Below, one piece after another: positions 59,190 to 64,000 of a stretch of 64,000 bases of DNA. Source of the stretch: Nannocystales bacterium (GTDB lineage: Bacteria > Myxococcota_A > Polyangia > Nannocystales > Nannocystaceae); NCBI GenBank assembly GCA_050633305.1, contig JBOEGF010000005.1:128001-192000 (forward strand). Direction: 5' to 3'. The position numbers were made by a program, and so were the translations under genes. Below the pieces are notes generated by a model. The model did not search any database and was not told the DNA's origin. It saw nothing but the letters and a program-made list of their open reading frames with translations. The first letter of the stretch is position 1. Every line of letters begins with the position of its first letter.

Positions 59190-60076
59190 TCCACCTCGAA
59201 CTCGAGGACCAACAGGCCGGGAACCTCGCCCGACCGCGCGTGTTCTCGGGCGTCGAACGCGTACAACGTGCCCCCGGAGCGCGCGAGTGCGTCGGTTCCT
59301 TGGAGTGCCGTGGCCTCGAAGTTCACCGCAGCCGCGTCACAGGCCGAAAAAAGCTCGGCGTACACACGGTAGCGGCCTGGCGGTGGTTCGACTTGCCACA
59401 CCACATTCTCCCGGTTGCGCAGGTCCAGCGTGCACTGCTGGTTTGAGTCGTAGTCGTGGTAGCCACCCAGTGTCGCTCCATCGGGCGGCGGCTGGACGCC
59501 GGGTGTGGGCTCGAACGCGTTGATGTTCTTCGCCCCTACGATCACGCCCGAGGGCAGCTCGACATGGAGGTCGAGGTCGACGGGTGCGTCCCAGCCCAAC
59601 GACACCAACAGTTCCGACGGCGGCACATCCGACTGCAGCTCGAACGTTGCGACGGTGATCGCACCGGCTCGGCCATCTTCGTCGACGGCCTGGAGCTCGA
59701 CCTCGAGGGTGTCGGATTCGATCGCGTGGGAGAACTCGAGTTCGGTGCCGAAGAGGAGCTCGTCCGCGATCACGAAGTCGAACCCCGATGGTGCGACTTG
59801 CCAGTGGTTGTCATCGCCGACGCCGTGCACCAGCAGGGACACCCCTCCGGAGCCCAGCCGGCCGCCCAGTTGCACGGTGCCCTCGCCACGACGGACCCCG
59901 ATCTGCGGAGTCAGCACTTGGGTGACCGAGGGACCACCTTGCTGTGGCGGGAGGCCTCCACGCTGCAGCTGAGCCTCGTGGACACGCAGCCGCAGGTCAA
60001 GGCCCATGCCGGGGAGCGAAGGGCTCTCGTTGCACGAGAGCGCCAGCAGAGACAGGGCCGCGGCAAGCCTTTGCAT
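59186..60076 (-). CDS. Hypothetical lipoprotein with YfaP/DUF2135-like motif
   Basis: ALSC lipobox; LGWDAPVDLDLHV..ENVVW..PPGRYRV. Confidence 0.72.
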   Translation of the reverse strand: MQRLAAALSLLALSCNESPSLPGMGLDLRLRVHEAQLQRGGLPPQQGGPSVTQVLTPQIGVRRGEGTVQLGGRLGSGGVSLLVHGVGDDNHWQVAPSGFDFVIADELLFGTELEFSHAIESDTLEVELQAVDEDGRAGAITVATFELQSDVPPSELLVSLGWDAPVDLDLHVELPSGVIVGAKNINAFEPTPGVQPPPDGATLGGYHDYDSNQQCTLDLRNRENVVWQVEPPPGRYRVYAELFSACDAAAVNFEATALQGTDALARSGGTLYAFDAREHARSGEVPGLLVLEFEVE

Positions 60077-61650
60077 CAAAACACGACCTCCGCCCGAATG
60101 CGAAACGTGTCGTTGTCGAGCTTGGCGGGGCGGCCGTTCGAGTCTCGGCCGAGGTCGTTGTCGAGCTGCCATTCGTATTCGACGAGCAGCCGGGCCCGGA
60201 TGCGGTCGTCGTGCCGAAGATAGCCCGAGACCCCCGAGGACAAGGTCCGAAAATGCTGCCGGGTGATCACCACCGTTCCGTCGTACGGCTCCAAGGCGTC
60301 GAGGTTGGGCCGGTACTCGTCGTAGCGCACGCCCACTCCCGCATGGCGGGTCAGCGCTTGAACGAACCCGGCATACCATCCGATGCCGCGCTGGTCCCGG
60401 CCGAGCAAGACCGGATCGGCGACGGCGATGCCGCGGTCGACGTTCTGAAGCACCGCGAACTCACCGTACAAGAGCAACGGTCCGAGTTTGGGGATGTCGC
60501 TGCGAAGCTGGACGTCGGTCCCGATCGCCCATCGCTCGAAGTTCTCTGAGGGACGCCCCGCGCTCCCCGGGATCGGGATGAGCTCGGCCACCGTGACGCG
60601 GCCGTCCTCGTTGAGGTCCGTCCACTCGAAGTCGTCTTTGGTCGGAGGCGTGCCCGCCGAGAAGCCCCGTCCCCGTAGGAACGAAAACCCCATCGCGCCA
60701 TCGAGCCACGCGAAGAGGTCTCCACGTAGGTGGAGGCGCCCGACCACATCCTTGCCGCGGTTGGGGTCGCGGAAACCGTAACCGGGGGCACCGGTGGGCT
60801 GCCCGTTGTAGATGCCGACCACCCAGTCCAGCGCCCACACGTGGCCGGAGAGGGACGCGCCCGCATCGAAGACGCCGGGGACCAGCGCGTCCGAGACGAG
60901 TGTCCGCTCGCCAAAGAAGCGACCGCCATCGGTCTCCCCGTACAGCTCATAGCCAAAGGGAACGCGGAGCAGACCCGCGGAGAGTTTCAGCCACGGAGGC
61001 GCACCGTCGGGCGCGGGGAGATGGGCGTGCACGTCGGCGGTCAGCGGACGAACCGCACCCCCCGCGCTGAAGAACTCGGCGACGCCGCGGACACCAAAGT
61101 ACTTCCAGTCCGCCTCTCCGCCGATCCGGGCGTTGCGAAGGAGGAATGCGTTCTCGTTGAGAGGCTCGGACGACCCATCGGAGAGCTGGTCCTCCGAGCG
61201 CTGGCGCAGCAACATGTCGACCTGGACCAAGCCGAACACACGGGTGTGTGGCTTCCAGGACTCGGGGGTCGCTTTCGCAGAAGCAGCGGCCGAGGAAGAC
61301 TCTTCGGGGACCGTTCTGTCCACCTGTGCCGCCGCTGTTTCGGCGTCGGAGGTGGACGCCACGGACGCGCCCGCAGGGGAGACGGTTTCCGCTTCGTCGA
61401 CGGTTTCCGCTGCGTCGACGATTTCCGCTTCGTCGACGGTTTCGATTTCGTCGACGGTTTCGATTTCGTCGACGGTTTCGATTTCGTCGACGGTTTCGAT
61501 TTCGTCGACGGTTTCGATTTCGTCGACGGTTTCGATTTCGTCGACGGTTTCGATTTCGTCGACGGTTTCAGGCGGGGCCGCGTATGCGGCCGCAGGGCGT
61601 CCCAAGACGAACGCGACCGCCAGCGGCCCGAGCCTGAAACCGACGCTCAT
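60076..61650 (-). CDS. Putative OprO/OprP-like porin with acidic repeat linker
   Basis: Signal peptide; FLLRNARIG, AGLLRVPFGYE, GIYNG..D.NRGKDVVGR; C-terminal Phe (AEVVF). Confidence 0.72.
   Translation of the reverse strand: MSVGFRLGPLAVAFVLGRPAAAYAAPPETVDEIETVDEIETVDEIETVDEIETVDEIETVDEIETVDEIETVDEAEIVDAAETVDEAETVSPAGASVASTSDAETAAAQVDRTVPEESSSAAASAKATPESWKPHTRVFGLVQVDMLLRQRSEDQLSDGSSEPLNENAFLLRNARIGGEADWKYFGVRGVAEFFSAGGAVRPLTADVHAHLPAPDGAPPWLKLSAGLLRVPFGYELYGETDGGRFFGERTLVSDALVPGVFDAGASLSGHVWALDWVVGIYNGQPTGAPGYGFRDPNRGKDVVGRLHLRGDLFAWLDGAMGFSFLRGRGFSAGTPPTKDDFEWTDLNEDGRVTVAELIPIPGSAGRPSENFERWAIGTDVQLRSDIPKLGPLLLYGEFAVLQNVDRGIAVADPVLLGRDQRGIGWYAGFVQALTRHAGVGVRYDEYRPNLDALEPYDGTVVITRQHFRTLSSGVSGYLRHDDRIRARLLVEYEWQLDNDLGRDSNGRPAKLDNDTFRIRAEVVF
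61381..61569. repeat. 18-bp coding tandem repeat, about 10.5 units, encoding (ETVDEI)n
   Basis: GTTTCGATTTCGTCGACG repeated perfectly 7 times, plus about 3.5 degenerate units. Confidence 0.95.
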
Positions 61651-61656
61651 GGACTG

Positions 61657-61920
61657 CTACGGAAGATCCGTGGGTCCGGGGGCGCCGGGGTGAGTGGGGA
61701 CCTTCTGGATGACTTCGACATCGGCCTCGACGGGCGCGTTGAACAGGGCGGCCTGCTCAGGCTGAGCACCGACCGGATCGCACATGTCTCCACTGTCTTC
61801 GGTCTCGCCGCTGTCGTCGGTGTCCGCGCCGGTCTCTTGAGGGTCGCTGTCGTCACAGCCGCCCATCGCCAAGGCGAGGCCGAGCAAGCATGCGTGAAGG
61901 GTTGTTCGGGTCATGGTCAT
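61657..61920 (-). CDS. Small acidic lipoprotein
   Basis: MTMTRTTLHACLLGLALAMGGC lipobox; about 87 aa; sits within the operon. Confidence 0.7.
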   Translation of the reverse strand: MTMTRTTLHACLLGLALAMGGCDDSDPQETGADTDDSGETEDSGDMCDPVGAQPEQAALFNAPVEADVEVIQKVPTHPGAPGPTDLP

Positions 61921-61928
61921 CGTCAGCC

Positions 61929-63158
61929 TCACGCAGGTTCGCAGAATCCAAAGCGACACTCGCCGCCGTTCGTGCACGAGTCACTGTCCGTGCAGCTTTC
62001 GCAGCCACTGTCGACGCCGTTCTCTTCCAAGAAGAAGCAGTCGCACGGGGCGGGGTGCTCGAAGGACGCGATCGGTCCGCCGTCGACCTCGCGAGCCACA
62101 TGCATTGCACAGCTGGGCACGTTGCCCACGCCGATCACGGCTTCAGCTACGCCCACGCCGTCGACTTCGACGGTGCCGGTCATGAGGTCGACAAGCAGCT
62201 GAGCTCGTTCCGCGGATTCAGCTCCGTTGTCGGAGACCGTGTTTCCGTTGGCGTCGGTGCGAAGGATGAACCGGAGGTTCGTCCAGATCGGGTAGTGACC
62301 GTCGCGGACGTTTCGCTTGTCTCGCGATGTGGACGTGGAGTCGGGGAAGACAGCGCCCAGGCAGCCGTTGAAGGGTTCAAACGCGAGCACCCGCATGTTG
62401 TCGGCCGCGGCCTCCCACTTGCTGCTGTTGAGGATGCCGATGACGCTCTCCGCGTTGCCGGTGGTGTTCTCAGCGATGACTGCGTCGCGGACGTCGCTGG
62501 ATCCAGCGTGGTCGCGAAGTGCACCGTTCCACATGGTGCCCGCGATCCCGGAGTTGGCACCGATCGTCAGCTGCGTGCTGGAGCCGGGGTTGCGCACCAG
62601 GACGAAGTTGGGGTCGGTCCAAGGCTCGACCTGACGACCCTCTTCTCCACCGAACTTCAGGATGTAGTAGGCCTCGGTCGCCGTGATGGCGGTTTGCGTG
62701 GAGTTGCGTGGCACCACGAATCCCAGCGTCTCGACGTAGCTGGGGACCTCGAGCAATTCGTCGGGGGGAGTCTCGCCACCCAGACACGTCGCGCCGCCAA
62801 CGTCCATCGCCGAGAGGTCGGAGCGGATCTCCACGTCCGTGGGCATGTTGCAGGAGCCCTGCGCACCGTCGGCCGTGTAGTAGATGGCCGTGCCGGAGAC
62901 GGGCGTCTGCTCTCGCTGGACGTCGTAGCTGATGCACGACGAGAGCGGGAAGTGGACGATCGTCATGGCGTCGTCGCCCATGATGTCCGGGTCGGCCAGC
63001 GCGGGCGAGAGTTCGGCGAGGACCGACTCGAGCAGCGTTGTGGCGGGGAAATAGACGGGGTTGGGCAGCGAGGTGCAGTCGACGGGAGCGCCACCAGACT
63101 GAGGGTCCGAGGGCATTCCGAGGCCAGCCGCCGCCGCAAAAAGAATCGCGGTGAACAT
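61929..63158 (-). CDS. Secreted PstS-like periplasmic-binding-fold protein with Cys-rich tail
   Basis: AGGA RBS and signal peptide; FVVP, VRNPGSSTQ, IGIL, NVRDGHYPIW pattern resembling PBP_like_2. Confidence 0.65.
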   Translation of the reverse strand: MFTAILFAAAAGLGMPSDPQSGGAPVDCTSLPNPVYFPATTLLESVLAELSPALADPDIMGDDAMTIVHFPLSSCISYDVQREQTPVSGTAIYYTADGAQGSCNMPTDVEIRSDLSAMDVGGATCLGGETPPDELLEVPSYVETLGFVVPRNSTQTAITATEAYYILKFGGEEGRQVEPWTDPNFVLVRNPGSSTQLTIGANSGIAGTMWNGALRDHAGSSDVRDAVIAENTTGNAESVIGILNSSKWEAAADNMRVLAFEPFNGCLGAVFPDSTSTSRDKRNVRDGHYPIWTNLRFILRTDANGNTVSDNGAESAERAQLLVDLMTGTVEVDGVGVAEAVIGVGNVPSCAMHVAREVDGGPIASFEHPAPCDCFFLEENGVDSGCESCTDSDSCTNGGECRFGFCEPA

Positions 63159-63336
63159 ACAGAGTCCTACGAGCCGTGCGTCTACCGAGGCCGGTGGCAG
63201 AGCTCAAGAAGGGGCCGTGAAGCGGCACCAAGGGCCCGGTATAGGGCTCGAATCGAGGGTTTCAATGCGGGGGAGTCGTTGCATCGAGTTTTGTCATGCC
63301 TGCGTTTCGTGTCGGGCTGCTGTAGGCTCCGCCGCG

Positions 63337-64000
63337 ATGCGACGTCGGGAATTGCTGCAGAGCCTCGTGGCGGCACCCTGCCTACTGAGTGGGTGCTCCA
63401 AGGGGTCCACATCGCTGCGGTTCTCGGGCATCCCCGACGGCGACAAAGAGGCGCTCAAAGAAGGGTATGCCGCCGTCGCCCGGTACTTGTCATCTGCGTT
63501 GAAGGTTCCTGTTGAGCCGGTGCATGTGCCGGACTACACGGCCGCTGTCACATCGTTGGCATCCGGCGGCATCGACTTTGCTTGGCTCGGCGGCGTGACG
63601 ACGGTTCAAGCCGAGCAGCGGACGCCGGGGGGGGTGCACTTCGTCGCGGCCCGCGAGAGCGACCTCCACTTCAAGAGCTACTTCATCGCAAACGCCAAGG
63701 TCGCGGAGGGAGCCGGTCTGTCTCCGGTCGCGGTGCGTGAGGCCGGGACCCTCGGGGACTTGACCGCCGTGGCGAAGGCCATGAAGGGCAAGCGGTTCAG
63801 CTTCGGCTCGAAGAGCTCGACGTCGGGTCATGTGATGCCGCGGTCGTTCCTCTTGGATCCGTCCGTGGGGGTCGACCCCGAGTCCCACTTTCTCGACGGT
63901 CCCATGTACCAGCGTCAAGGGGGACACGCGGCAACGCTTCGGGCGGTGGCCTCGGGCGCGGTGGACTTCGGGGTGCTGAACTTCGCAAGCTGGGAACGCG
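63337..64000 (+). CDS. PhnD-family (phosphonate/phosphite/putative selenate) ABC substrate-binding lipoprotein, partial
   Basis: Manual translation: MRRRELLQ..LSGC..FSGIPD..VPDYTAAV..DFAWLGG..FSFGSKSSTSGHVMPR..GHAAT. Runs off the window end. Confidence 0.85.
   Translation, partial: MRRRELLQSLVAAPCLLSGCSKGSTSLRFSGIPDGDKEALKEGYAAVARYLSSALKVPVEPVHVPDYTAAVTSLASGGIDFAWLGGVTTVQAEQRTPGGVHFVAARESDLHFKSYFIANAKVAEGAGLSPVAVREAGTLGDLTAVAKAMKGKRFSFGSKSSTSGHVMPRSFLLDPSVGVDPESHFLDGPMYQRQGGHAATLRAVASGAVDFGVLNFASWER

Noticed and set aside
61381..61569. Possible CRISPR array
   Set aside because: The units are contiguous 18-mers with no spacers, they are in-frame within a CDS, and no cas genes are present.

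Overview
GC-rich bacterial chromosomal segment, most likely Myxococcota and Nannocystaceae-like. This is inferred from the many Cys-rich lipoproteins, a Ser/Thr kinase-TPR protein, paralogous ECF sigma factors and an ERG24/DHCR7-type sterol reductase. About 57 genes are supportable; I saw no rRNA, tRNA, CRISPR array or transposase. Main points: (1) Three copies of a module made of a putative small outer-membrane beta-barrel protein, an ECF sigma and a membrane anti-sigma with a TPR-like tail (fused to the sigma in two copies), next to a secreted candidate target gene. This suggests a cell-surface signalling system without a TonB-dependent transducer. (2) A dispersed, same-strand lipid toolkit: degenerate HAD, fatty acyl reductase, reductase SDR, pyruvyl-transferase-like protein, two acyl-AMP ligases, crotonase, ACP and PlsC. 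It resembles a split ElbD-type ether-lipid pathway. (3) A tightly packed 7-gene uptake operon: PBP, porin with an EF-hand-like loop and an 18-bp VNTR, TonB, TonB-fused TBDR and lipoproteins, divergent from a PhnD-like binding protein. (4) A SIR2 plus GAF-like protein. (5) A DOT1-like methyltransferase. (6) About 15 genes with a TANNNT hexamer 6-9 nt before the start codon, suggesting widespread leaderless mRNAs. All family calls come from motif recognition by eye; no database searches were run.
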